Shown: positions 26,591 to 39,106 of the stretch, piece by piece
How the letters are laid out: each line of letters opens with the position of its first letter
Position numbering within the stretch: the stretch's first letter is position 1
NCBI GenBank assembly: GCA_001949185.1
Contig: BDGG01000005.1
Span: 2,515,439-2,579,438, forward strand
Source: Ramazzottius varieornatus
Lineage: Eukaryota; Animalia; Tardigrada
Length of the DNA: 64,000 nt
Direction of reading: 5' to 3'
Position numbers and translations under genes: made by a program
The notes under the pieces: model-generated
What the model saw: only the letters and a program-made list of their open reading frames with translations
What the model was told of the DNA's origin: nothing
The model's database searches: none

Positions 26591-28507
26591 TCACTCGGAT
26601 TCGGAATCATCGTCATCGTCATCGTCAAGGTCCATCTCTTCCAGATCTTCAAAGTCCACCATGCTGGCACTCGTCTTGAGCTTCTTGGCCGCTGGACCTT
26701 TGGCTTTGGTCGCTTTAGACTTCTTCCCGTTTGCCAGCACTCGTATTATGGTGTCGCTTTCCTTCGGCTTACTGTAGAGACGAAGCTTGGGGAAGATGGT
26801 GTCGAATGTCAGCTGAGCAGTGGCCACATTTGGCGCTGCAAACATAAGAAATCATTTGTACAATAAAACAGCCAAAACCAACCGAAGTTCCACAGCGTCG
26901 AGCTCTTGTCTAAAATCTAACGTGAATCTCGCGCTCTCACATTGCTTCATCCAGGGCAAAAGCGTAGCCACTTATGATATTTCGGGTAGGTGCAAAACAT
27001 GGATATTTACCGCACCTGTAATGGATACACTGCCCGTCTGGAAGATTTGCATCTGGCCACCAATGTCCGGCAACCTCCAACTGGCTGCCGGATGGAGTTC
27101 TGGTTCATAACTGCAAAAAACAAAACAAAAACGTCATGCAGGGCTCCGCAAGGAACTTCCACGAATCGAACAAGGAACAGCTGAGTTGCGTTCTTCCACG
27201 CAACTCTAACTTCCGTTTTGTAAACCACATATTTTGCGCAGTGGTTTGCTGGCTGGACAGAGACAAAATTCTAGATTCAAGTTCCGTGTGAAATGCTCAA
27301 CGAATAATAAGGCTTCTTCAACCGTAAAGCTGCCAGTACCTCTTGAAACCTTGCCGTTGGCAAACAAAGTGCAGAGTAAACAGAAATTCTCGCAATTCTC
27401 ACCTGACTTCGCGAGAGAAGGCGTCTTTGAGCTTGTCGATGCGGACACCGAAGGGAAGTGAAGCCACAGCCAAGACATTCTTGATCTGGTAGTCCACAAA
27501 ACGCAGCTGGAATCCACATTTCTGGATCTTGCGAGCGATCCTTCGGGCTCCGATCAAGGCATCCTTCTCACTGCAATAGAAAAATCTCCACGTCAGATAC
27601 TTCATCATCCTTTCATGTAATCTTCACGGTATCGTCGCAAAGTATACTTCGAATCTTCAAACTTTTGGAAGGAAGGCAACGAGGCAAAATTACTTGAATA
27701 GAGTCTACCGACCTTCTAGCTCCCATACAGACGACTCTTCCAGTGGACCAAATGGAGGCAGTGACGGGTACGGACCGAAGCTTCATCAGAACCGACTGCA
27801 AGAAAAACATACATCATCATACACAGGTCTGGATGGTGAGATGGAAGAGATCTTCGAGCAACACAGCAATGCAAGCAGAATCGCCTTCGCAAATGCAGAT
27901 TTATTTCTCCCCGTAGTAATTATCTGTGCTCGACAGCCCTCACCACTCCACTGCCAGTATAAGAGGAAAGCAAGCCATAAAGGCAATAATTAGGTACAAC
28001 AGTAGAAACATTGCGAAAAGCAGACTCAGTAAATTAAAACTGAGCGTCCATGGTTGATCCAAGAGGGCGGAGCCAAATACGTGCATTACACGCACACCGA
28101 ACGCGCACCGGTACAGCATGACATAATCTAGCAGTGCGCAAGCGTAAGTGCAGCTAGATATCACAAACGATGCACCAGTGCGTGCGCATTACTCAACCTA
28201 CCGAAGGATCACGTCGAAAGACAACATTAGAGCCTTTCATGGCCAGCGTTCTCAGATCCAAGTGACAGTGAGTTTTGAAATTACAGAGGACATTTACAAC
28301 GTCCACCTGCTGCGTCAACGGTGGCTGCTGTTTCTGGGGAAGGTCTGCTTCCGCGGTAGCGGCAGGATAACGTCCGTTAATAATGGAGGGAGCTGCGCCA
28401 CGTTCCATCAACTGGAGACTATCTGCAGATGCTGCGCGGTTGTTGCTGATGGGGTGAACGACCGTACTGCTGCTCATCTGCGCCGACTGAGACAGAACTG
28501 CCGCCAT
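26591..28507 (-). CDS. TBPL1: TATA-binding protein-related factor 2 (TRF2/TBPL1)
   Basis: Exons 28507-28202, 27795-27713, 27570-27403, 27110-27016, 26835-26591. TBP-fold motifs VVNVLCNF..HLDLRTLA, MKLRS..TASIWSTGRVVCMGA, ARRIARKIQKCGF, NVLAV, YEPELHPAA, IFQTGSVSITAP. The IWS.G and YEPELHP residues are TRF2-type rather than TBP-type. Acidic C-terminal tail. Start codon not certain. Confidence 0.88.
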
Positions 28508-29106
28508 TCTACCACTCTTAACCACCTTCTCCCGTTTTCCCTGGACAGAATAGGCGTTATGTCAGGCAAAATGAGTGGGATAAAGGGGGAAAGATGGTAG
28601 GAATAGCCTTAAATAAACGCTCAAGGATTTCGAACAGACAACGTGATGGGGTTTCGCCTTGCGCAGTCAGTCTGTCGCTTCAAAGGCGACAGACTGAATT
28701 TCTCACGGCCACTTTTATTGCGCTGCTCAGCCATGAACCAAGCAACAACGCAGCGCATGTCAACCAACAGGGAGTTTAGCTAATTTCGCCACGTTTCTCG
28801 TTGTTCAGGATATCCTACGCTTTTGTCGCCCCTTTCTTCGTAAAACTCCCACGATGAGCAACAAGGAGTATGCGGACTCTTTGAGAATTTTCTGTCCGAG
28901 AAAATTCGTCAAACAGAAAGTTAATCATGTAAATCTACCATGAAGAATATTCCAGTCTTTGTCCGACGGTCTCAGAGATCGGTCCCTGTTGTACGTACGT
29001 CTGCGCATGATGGAAGTACAAGTTCCAGTACCAGTACCACGAATTCCCGAATCCACCCGCAGTGGAATATTGGGAGTCCGAAAATTATAGTTATCGCCAA
29101 TTATTA

Positions 29107-29536
29107 AGGGCTTACAAAGATAGATTACACCGCTGGTGGAATTACATCGCTAGTGTAATTAGCTCCACCCACACCCTTACGATTGGCCTATTCATTCCAC
29201 CAGACAATACACTTTCGGTGTAATTATGAGTCGCTCCGGAACAACTCGTAATTATACCAGACTTAACCAACATCCCGAGTGCGCTGTGCTCCCCTCCAAA
29301 CTTTCAAATGTCAGTTCTATGACGAAGTTTCTCGCTACTCGTCCTACTGGTGAGTGTATGGTGGTTCCTTCGACATCAAAGATCTCAGAATCCTCCGATC
29401 GTACTGACCTGCAGTGCGGGGCTTTCAAAGCCAGCCGTTACTCCGCTTTCCTAACTGGTCGAAAATTTTCTGGGCGTATCCACCAAAGTAGTTGGTGTAA
29501 TTACACCACCAAGCCAGCTTAGTCTTTGTAAGCCCT
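29107..29536. mobile_element. Short non-autonomous TIR element (MITE family C, copy 1)
   Basis: TIR AGGGCTTACAAAGA / TCTTTGTAAGCCCT flanked by TA; internal ATTACACC/GGTGTAAT motifs; homologous to 47368-48633. Confidence 0.75.
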
Positions 29537-30137
29537 TATTGTCTACGTTAATTTGTTAAACTGGAATCGCTGCTTTCAGGCATGTTTGGTCTAAAGTTGT
29601 ACCGCATACAAAGCAACTAATTTGGACGGAACTAATGATCAGAAGATGTACGTCGAAAGCGACCAGATTAAGAGAGAATTATCATACTGTATTATGGACG
29701 TAAAAGAACAAGACAAAAAGCAGAATCGGAATGCGAAGATGAACTCTGCGCACCGCTGGAGGGTTTGATGCGCGGATGGATGCGTTTTGTTGGTTCAGCA
29801 CCACTTTTCTCATCGGTACTTCGAGGTGAATAAACGACCCGCAATACGGTGCATCGGAAATGCCGCACGTCGTCGCGTGAAACTTGACTTACTATTTTAC
29901 CACGCCAAAGTCCGCGGAGGCGCGGACGCATGACTGCTTCCGGTTCGCCTTACTTCCTACAGGTGGCGCTAGTTCGTGGAATATTAGTATAAGATTAGGT
30001 TACCGGCCTTTCTTAACTGTCCGTTTAAACTTTACGACTCACTGCAAAAATTGTACAAAATTGAATGTTGGTTATCAGCAGTTCAAAACGTTCAATATGA
30101 CATAATCAAAGGCAGGTGGCTGAACCATTTGTTCGAG

Positions 30138-31137
30138 CTAGCTCGCCTTCACGGCACCTCCACAGTTCTCCTTCCCAATCTTGAAGAACCTGTATCTCCA
30201 AAACAACTGCGCCGTTCTTTTGGACTCCACAGGTTCGCAAGGGCTTTCCGGAGTCCACTCTGCGAGCTCCATACTTTCCACAGGCTTTTGACTGAGATCC
30301 ACAAGACACCGGAAGTTGCCTATCAGGTCGTCTTTCATCACCCTACGAGAGGAATATGGATGATTATGTTCTAACTCTGTAGCCGTCATAGTTCAGTCAT
30401 TCATGGTTATGGCTATATCATCGGACGAACCTACCTGTCGTGATCGACGACGTGAACGCGTACACTGATACCCTTAAGAAAAACGTTCGATTTGCTGCGA
30501 AACAAAACTTGGCGGTATCCAACTTTGCACCTCTCTAATCGAATACCTTGAAGGACTTTCCACAGATATCCCGGGCAATAGTTTTCCCGATTGGAGTGGA
30601 ATCTGTGTTATGGGCTTCAAACAGCTTTGTGTACGATTTGAAGTCAGCCGATGCGGGAGATCCGAAGTCCGCTGACGGCTTTTCGCTGCAACGGAAGAGA
30701 CGCTTATGCCTAAATGTGCGGTGATGTTCTTGTAGAAGTTCACGGCAGATAAGCCGTAGTGTTCGACTTACATATCAACGAGAGCGCTGACGACAGGATC
30801 ACAGCGATTCACCGTATCGCAAGATGACCCGCTGGTTAATTTTCCGTCAGGATTTTCCAAGCGCGCAATGAAAGCTTCGACGCGGAAGTTGCCTTTCATA
30901 CTGTCATGTTGCGACGTCAAGGACTCGACAATACCTCCAATAAGACTGCCCAGAAGGCTCTTTGAATCTTGGGGAAGAGGGGTTGCCGCAATCGAGCTAG
31001 ACTGGAAACGAGACTCGATCTGGTTAATATTGTTCGGACGATGTCAGTTTGTGCAAAAAAAGTGATGGTCTAATCTGACTTACCCGAAGGTAAAGAATAG
31101 TCATTGTAGAGATTGTTAGGGATGTAGAAATACTCAT
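30138..31137 (-). CDS. Probably secreted single-domain C2-like protein, ~221 aa
   Basis: Five phase-compatible GT-AG exons (31137-31084, 31001-30772, 30685-30547, 30472-30435, 30342-30138) totalling 666 nt. N-terminal leader, then FRVEAFIARLENPDGKLTSGSSCDTVNRCDPVV and the C2-like VRVHVVDHDRVMKDDLIGNFRC. Confidence 0.72.
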
Positions 31138-32939
31138 TTTGATATCGCAGTCAAAAGTAAAAGCTGCGAAATTTTTCCAGCATTAATACTTCGGCAGAAT
31201 GTTACTGTCTGATCTCGTTGAACACTCGAACTTGACTTCCGCAAATAACATTGCGATTTCGATCTGGACTGGTGGTACGATTAGCGTGTAGTCGAACGAG
31301 ATCTTGATCTGTGGTTCACTGCGACTCGCTGAGCTTTCACGGACTTCATAAGAAGCTTACGCAAGACACCAACTCAGTTTAAATGCCGTGTCGAACCCGA
31401 AAGTGTTCTGCGCAATTGTCAAAGCATGTAAACTGTACAGAGGCTCTGCCATACGGATATATATACTGGTTTCAAAGACTTCCCGGACTTCAAAACCGTG
31501 AGTCAGTGAGACTGTAGTACCTCCAAGTAGCGGTGCCCACACTAGGAAATGTCCGGTGGAACATGTGTACGAACTAGGAAACTTCGCGAGCTACATCTGT
31601 GAGGACGCTGTTGTGAGTGGCATCGTTGATAGTCGGCAGTCGAGCCACAAACGAACGATATGGTTGATAATTTGGAGCAGACGAGAGCTAATCAAATTAG
31701 GGGATAGACGCAGATGGCAACTGATGAAGTCGTGAAATCAAGTTAAGTTCGCCATCAGTCTGTTCGGGATGGACTATGTGGTCGTCATCCTGTCTGCAGT
31801 TTCCTCCATCAGCCCGCAGATTGAATTGACACCAACGATGCGACCCTAACGAGGACAATGTGTAAAGGACGCCCGACAATCAGCCGATGAATATTAGATG
31901 GTATAACTACAATGCTGACGAGAACCAATAAGTCGAAATGGCCGCACTCTCATCACTCATGATAACAATTTGTTTATCCCTTTAGTCAACATGGCTGAAG
32001 CATGGTGTCAGACGCTGTCATACAATGGCAGAAAGGCACTCTTCCGCCCATCCAGCCGCTGCCCGCATATGGGTAAGCGAACGAGTCAGGCGGAAATGAT
32101 AAACGTGGCGCTCATCCTTTGTCATCAAATCGCCTCAATGTGTGAAAAGCTCTGCCAGCAATCCAATATTGATAGCAACTTGCAAGTAAAAGCATAATCG
32201 GGAAAATTATTACGCCCTAAAAAGAATGGACAACAGTCACAACAGGTTTACCGAATTTGATCTGGACGATAAAGTAGCTCGCGTCGGGAGTTCGTCCTCG
32301 ACAAAAATTATTGCTAATGGCTTCCTCCATTCACGAGTACGTTTTCATTGTGCAAAGTTCCGTAGGAGATGGCGGTCTGGAAGAGTCGTCCCGAGCTTTG
32401 TGCGAAAAATTCCTAGAAAAATTTGGCAGTAGGACAATTTCCCCTTTTATATCTCGGAATGCTTTCTCATATACAGTATATATTGATGTAATGTAACTTC
32501 GCTACTTCCTGGTTCCCCTTGAACACAAAGACAGTGCGTTCATCCGCCTTCTTGAGCATCTGCTAAAAAAGTGCCATGCGTTTTGTATCGAGATAGCCAG
32601 GAATTTCCTTCTGGGAAACTGCCTGGCCGATTATCAGCGGCAATTCATTCAATTTTCATCGCGATCATCCAGCTCGAGGAAGACAAAGCAAGTGGAAGAC
32701 GTACGAACGCCATGCAGATGAAACCACACAGTAAGCAATAAGGACAGACATTAAAGCAATTACCCAATTTGACCATTCTGGAACCGGCTTGCATCATTAC
32801 AGTATGGACAAGTGTTGCGACTAGAGACTGGAAGAACACTTATGAGGATCCATAGTGCGAAGAATAGCTCAAGTACTTTCCGGCATATGTTCAGCCCATC
32901 TCATCAAGGCGACTCCGAGGGCGCAAATTGGTTCGGCCA

Positions 32940-33506
32940 TTAAGTACTTGGCGTCATGTTCTCACGATTTACCAGACCAGAAAAGAGATTGCTTCCGGCA
33001 ATCCCTGGAGCATAGGAGCGGAAGATGGATGCGGCAGCGGAGGAAGACGTTGCGCTGCCCATCGGTCCATGCCCAGTCAAGCTATGTGAAGATAACGATG
33101 GAAACGAGGCAGATGAGGCGGAAGAAAAGGGCGTCAACAAGGAACCGAGAGAACTGCTGGCCGAAGCTGCTTGATGGTAAGCGACCCAGCATTCAAGGTC
33201 ATGAATCCGCTTGCCTTGCATCAAGATGTAGTTTTTGGCAAGAAGTAGCGTGGAAATCTTGGACAGCTTGCGAACTGTGGGTCCGTTGGCGTACGGAAGA
33301 ACGCTTCGCAGTTCATCCAGAGCCGAGTTGAGGTCGTGCATTCGCTTGCGTTCTCGACTGTTGATTCGTAGGCGAAGGTCCCGGGTCGGTTTCGCTCCTT
33401 TCTTGCTGGAGGAAGACTTGTGGTCATCGGATGTCATACTGTCCCGGGTGTCGTCCGGAGAATCGCGAGAGTCCATGGAATGGGTACCTTCGTCCGCTTT
33501 AGCCAT
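32940..33506 (-). CDS. Oli: Olig/Beta3 (bHLHe22/23) family bHLH transcription factor, intronless
   Basis: [53 protein letters not shown] is the Olig-family bHLH signature. Confidence 0.92.
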   Translation of the reverse strand: MAKADEGTHSMDSRDSPDDTRDSMTSDDHKSSSSKKGAKPTRDLRLRINSRERKRMHDLNSALDELRSVLPYANGPTVRKLSKISTLLLAKNYILMQGKRIHDLECWVAYHQAASASSSLGSLLTPFSSASSASFPSLSSHSLTGHGPMGSATSSSAAASIFRSYAPGIAGSNLFSGLVNRENMTPST

Positions 33507-36500
33507 GTTGAGATCTGCGATCCAAAACGCAGGGAGAGAAAGCTAGGAATATTTGAAACAAGCGTAGAAAATACTGTAGTAGGACGTAATTACTACAGTG
33601 CTCACACTTGTCACCAAAATCAAGTTGCTACATCGCAGTAGATGCAACAATGTTTAGACGGATTAGTCAGAGACAAAAACCAAATTCCGAAGTTTTGGGA
33701 CCTAGTTTTTCTGTCAAGTTGTTTCTCGATTTAGACAGCACACGTGTACAAAGAGGTGCTTACCTGTCATATGCGTTGAAAATGCTGGTGAATTCAAGAC
33801 ATTGCTGGATCCAGTGCGCCACTTCAGGAATAGGCCATATGAATTCGGTATGTGCAACGTATTCCGGAAGCAGAAAAGATTAATCGTAAGGGGGTGAAAA
33901 ATGGAGGGAGTGTCGTGGTGGTAAGTAGCGGACGTAATGGCGTGCGATCAGGGAGAATGGTTGAACAGGCGAATGAGCAACAACTTGTATCGGATGTAAG
34001 GAGATTAAAATAATTCAAAACATATCGCAGATCGCCGTTGGCAAGAGAAATCCCATTAATCCCTAACAAATACAAGATCGTTTGTACACATGGACAAAGA
34101 TGATGGGACGACTACTGGGTACAGCAAGCAGGCAGACTAGCGTCCCTGGCCACAAATCAGCGGAGACATTCGGCGATTTTGTCGATTAAAAACAGCCAGC
34201 TACGCGCAGCCAACTTACGGCTCCTTGGACCCACTCCCGCCCAATTCCCTCAGCGTCTGCTGAGATTTACAAATGCCGACACGAATTTGCTGCGCAAACT
34301 CCCGCTTGTAACTAGCTGACAATCTCGCGGCTTGGTATCTTCAAATTACGGGATCACGGACCAAGTTTCTCCGTAAACATAACCGGCAGTACCGTCCTAC
34401 TCCAAACTACAGTCTCTCTAGCAATGTGTCTGAAACCGCTGGAACCAAAACTGCGCTCAGCGGTCAGCCGGAAGCACCTGCTTTCGCACTTCGGGATGGC
34501 TGAATACACCCCAACAAATCACGGTTTAAATTCTATCAGCAGACTTTCATGCAGGTTCCAGCAAACTGGCGCTTTCAGGTCTAAAAGTTTGCGGCGCTCA
34601 AGCATTTGGAACCACAACTGGCTGGGTTCCTTTCTCCAAAAGGTACAGTGCCCTCCATGGTGCACTGTACGAATGTTAGCTACTGTAAATTCGATCAGGA
34701 AGTAGGGCTGTTCGGCATCGGGTGTGTCCATGGTGCGAATTGCTCCTGATGGTGTCGATATATCGAGTGGGGTACCAGATTTCCATGTTTGCCCATCTTC
34801 TGCTTGCCGCATTGGCAATCAGGCGCAAAAGGCCCCTTATGGCCACTGTGGCGATCGAAAAAGAGGAAGGAAGAATCTATATCCTCTTGAGCATAATGCC
34901 TGCTGATGCGAGCATACTGCACCGCGATGCCCCATTATGCCAGGTCTATTGTTATGATTTTATCCCATCTGTTCTTCTCCTGTCAACTAACATAACTTTC
35001 GACACTCCCACTGACCACCACCCTTCTCTGAATATCTTTCACAACGAAAGTCCGTGTTCAGATTGCAAATTGCTGCTATCGAAATCCTGTTTGCGTACAG
35101 TAAACCGTGTTCGAAGTTTCTTGCCAAGAAATACTTGAGAGGTCGGCGAACAATCTCGGAATAATCGAAATCCCAAGTGGCGCACCTTTTAAGCCAATTA
35201 CAATGCAAACTGCGCCGCTCGGGATAACTATCATCCCAAGGTTGTATGCCGGCCTCCCACTTGTTTTTCGTTGTTTGGTTGGTACGGAATTTTTTCCTAC
35301 GATTCTGAGTCGACCAGGAGGGTTCGGGAAGTCGAACTATCCCAAGAAGCTTCCGGATAAGGCTCTTATTGTGTCTCAAAGGTCAACAGAAAATTTGATG
35401 CGAAGGGAAGTTGAAGCAGACGGCTCAACACGGGAAAGTTGTTGTGCTGTAATGGGTGCTTTCGTAATCGGTAAATATGTTTTGCCAATCTCCATACATT
35501 AATTTATTTGGCGGCCTGATTGCGGACGCTTATCGTGTCAGCTGATCAAGGAACAATCGATGGATGGGCAAAAGCCGGCTCAATTGTCGGAGCGCCACTC
35601 GTCAATCAGATTGAGCGACTTTACACAATTCTCCATAGTCATTTGCAAGGCGAATTGCCTGGGTCAAGCAAGGTGATAAAGTGAATGCATTTTAGGCAGG
35701 GCGGAGCTCATAAGGAGCCCAAGAGCTAGGAAGGACGATCCCATCGGAGAGCAGATAAAACTTTATATTCAAATTGTCCTCGGCGATATCATCAGCACTG
35801 TGTGAATTATTGCCTCCATCTGCTTGACATGCAGCTACTCTTCCACTTTAGACTCCCGCCACTGTCACAGCATTACCCCGGAAACTGTAACGCCAACCAC
35901 TCCGCGCCGCACTCGAGCATAAAAGAACCATAAAACTACAATTTTCGCTGCTGTTCGCCTCCGCCCTCTCTCCTTAAAAGTCTTTCGGCAGATTTTCGCG
36001 CCCATCCATTAATTTCTCCAAGAACCCGTTGTCAGCTTCGAATAACCTTCTCTAGATCTAACACCGAGTACCGGACGTGCTTTTCCGTTCAATTCTCTCC
36101 GGCAACTCGGCGGAAACTTGGCTTCAAAGTTCAAGCTAGGGGACATGCGGCTTGCTCAGCAAAGTTAGCATACAGTGCGCTACCTGAACTTAGAGTACCA
36201 TCTCACAAAAACTCTGACCAGAAGCAGGGAAGCTTACACTTAACCACTTAAACTGCGACTTTTCGGTGTCGTGCGTATTTCTGTAAGAAAGCTACTGAGC
36301 TACCGGTTGCAGAACTCTGTCAGTTTTCTACATAGAAACCACAAAAAGCTCAACCCTTACTCTTCATATGAGAGTTGAAGTCCCTGGCATGGTGCTCTCC
36401 TTTTGCACGGGTGTAGGGTAGCATTGACTCCTTGGTACCTAAACAGACCGAAGACTCGATTGGCGGAAGTACGCTGCAACTGAAATTCTTCTTCGCAGTC

Positions 36501-37134
36501 CGGCTGTTCTTACTTCGGGTCCAGGATGACCTACAACTTATGCCGCATTGTTATCAGATTTTGGATGAGAGTAAACACCACATTGGCAGGATGACCTGAA
36601 GTGGGGGTATAAATGGGTAAATTGACGTATGTGAAATAGGGGTACCCATATGGTGCCAGCAGTGCGCGGCTACAAGCGACAAGCTCACGCTGTGTAATAT
36701 CCATAACAGACGTCCAGGGAGCAGACTGTCGCTATCCTCATTCATAATCCCTGATCCAGAACCATAGATATCCACGACCCCGCAACCAACAGCACCAATT
36801 GAAACTGTGACCAGCATCTGCTGTTATTTCCACTCCTTTGTCAAAGCATTTTACATTGTCTTCTTCGCACCAATGATCTTGACGAGTTAAACATTCTCAG
36901 TTGCATACGAAACCGTCAAAATTTCATCGCCAATGAACAGTGAAAGAAGAGAAAAAAATGCTACAGGACTCAGAACCCAAAATGAGTAACTGGACGTCGG
37001 CAAATGAATCCACACAGATCGTCTTTCCAACTGGCGCACACTCTTGGCCAATAACAATGAAAACGTGCGCCGTCTGAGGTAAAAATCAGGGTGGAATCAT
37101 GGCCGACGTCTCCACACGAGAGAATGTTTACAGG

Positions 37135-38479
37135 TTAGTAATAAGGGTTATAAGTTACCCAATTCGAGGTTTTACGCGACTTGGCTGTTTCGCAAGTCGT
37201 GAACAAATTTTTGAAGGTAGTGCTAGCCGTCGGATCCTCAGCGATGGATTTCTTGACGAGTTCTTCAACTTCCTTGTCTTTATGCAAGGTCTGTCTAATT
37301 TTGGAGGTCGAGGCTTCAGACTTTTCCAATTTGATCGTGGCTGCTGTGGGACGTTTCGAGGTAGATCCGGAAGTGGAGTTCTCTTCGGAGGTCTCCAAGG
37401 CCCGCTTCTTGGCTTTCGCAGCTTCCTTCTCGGCTCTCTGCTGGTTCTTGAGCAGCTCCATTCTTGCCTTCAACCGCTCGAGGTCCTCCGGACCGGGGTT
37501 GAGTGGGATGATGTGGTCGGCAGAATATGGCTCATTGCACTGAAACAGAACAAAACGGAATTATTCAACATCCGAGAGCTCGGCATTCAAACTTGTAGGT
37601 CGTTTTCCTAAGTAACGCACGCTTCCAGCCAATATCCCGGAGAACGTGCGCCACTTTGCAGACTTCCTAATCATCTTCTAAAGTAGATCTTCCCCTTTGT
37701 TCCCCTTTAATGTGTCGAAACACTACTCCAAACATTTCTCGAAATACAGCCGCCGTGTAGTACTTACGTTCGGACATGTTTCCGATTTCAAAGCTTTCAA
37801 AGCGCGGTCCGAAATGACGCACCCACAATTCCGAACGAAGGAGAAAAGCTGTCGACCGCTCATTTCTAGACCAGTAACCGGACAGATCCACTGAGCTTCC
37901 TTCTGGAAGCCGCCTTCGTCTGAGGGTATCTTCTTGTCTTGACGGCGTTCTGTCAGAGTCAACTCCTTCACGTCCTGGAAATTCGGAGAAACAAACCGAT
38001 TAACATATGAAATCTACCCAAGTCAATCAACAATCAAGTGACACAGCGAAAAAAGATTTCCTTCTCGAATGAATTGCTAGAAATACGAATGGAATGGATT
38101 CTCCTTACCTTCATGCTCTTGATATGTTCAGCTACGCCTGCAGACGACTTCTTCTCGATAAGATGCTGTAGGACGGAGTCCTTGTTGTATAATCGCCCAA
38201 GATCGTCTGCCATGACAGGTGGACGAAGTGGCTCTTGCGATATCTGACAGTATTTCCATTTGGCTGCGACTTCAGCGTCTTTGTCGACCTAACGAGAAAA
38301 AGAGCATCAGTAGAACTCTCTTACTCTCGACAACGCCAGAAACGCAAGGAACGTGATGGAAACCCGCTTCTTGACAAAAAGAACACGCTTCAATAGAAAT
38401 ACTACCTTACCTTCTGTACGCGTTTCTTCTCCCTCACCAGCTCGATCCTCCGAGGAATGGTCCCGCCATCGTTACCCAT
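37135..38479 (-). CDS. RTF2: Replication termination factor 2 (RTF2/C20orf43), ~286 aa
   Basis: Exons 38479-38411, 38288-38109, 37974-37768, 37539-37135. Motifs MGNDGGTIPRR.ELV, W.YCQISQEPL, LGRLYNKDSVL, ICPVTGLEMSG..F..CGCVIS.RALK..CP.C and C-terminal NWVTYNPYY. Confidence 0.93.
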
Positions 38480-39106
38480 GGCTTCGAAGAGGATACAGTC
38501 CACAGATGACGCGCTGTGCAAGGCTTACGCTTTGAGATGATGAAGGATGGAGAAGTTGCGTCTGCTGAACGGAAAACAATCCTGGAAAGTGGAAACAAAA
38601 CCTTTTACAAGACTAAAACAAATCAAGCCACGCAATCAAATCAATCGAAGTGTCCAAGTAACTTCTGTCCGCCTCGCTTCTTAAGCCATTTTCCAGCGTT
38701 GGACCACAGCAAGCAAACTGGCATCGCTTCGCTCGGCCAGACATGGCTGAGCGGATTCGATTTTCGAGGGAAATCATCGACGCTAATTTTTCTTTTGTCA
38801 GAAAACAATCAGCCGTTCATCCCAGCACACTTTGACGAGATTCTGGATTCTGGAATCTGGATCTGATTCCCGGAACTAAGTTGATCCCTCTTGATCCTAC
38901 CAACGGGTTGTCCATCGAGGATTCTACAGGTACTTTGAGGAAAGGTTGTCGTCCCGATAGAGACGGACAAGCAGCCCAGTCGGCCAACGGTCGTTAAAAG
39001 TTAGCTGTATTTTCATCATCTCGCTCTTCGTTTTTTCTCGATGTAATCCCTATTTCTCACCGCAATAGCGATCCAAGCTGCTTTGTTGTATGTTTCAGAC
39101 CGGAGA
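38480..39106. promoter_or_regulatory. Putative bidirectional promoter region between RTF2 and RACGAP1
   Basis: Divergent start codons about 630 bp apart; contains a probable 5'UTR exon donor near 38930. Confidence 0.45.

Noticed and set aside
30480-30780. Minus-strand YVSRTLRL..EH, resembling a GIY-YIG (Penelope) endonuclease
   Set aside because: It is an alternative frame across an intron and exon of the C2-like gene.
34424-35502. Cluster of 90-140-aa ORFs upstream of the Olig gene
   Set aside because: No domain motifs or coherent exon chain; probably non-coding or a decayed relic.
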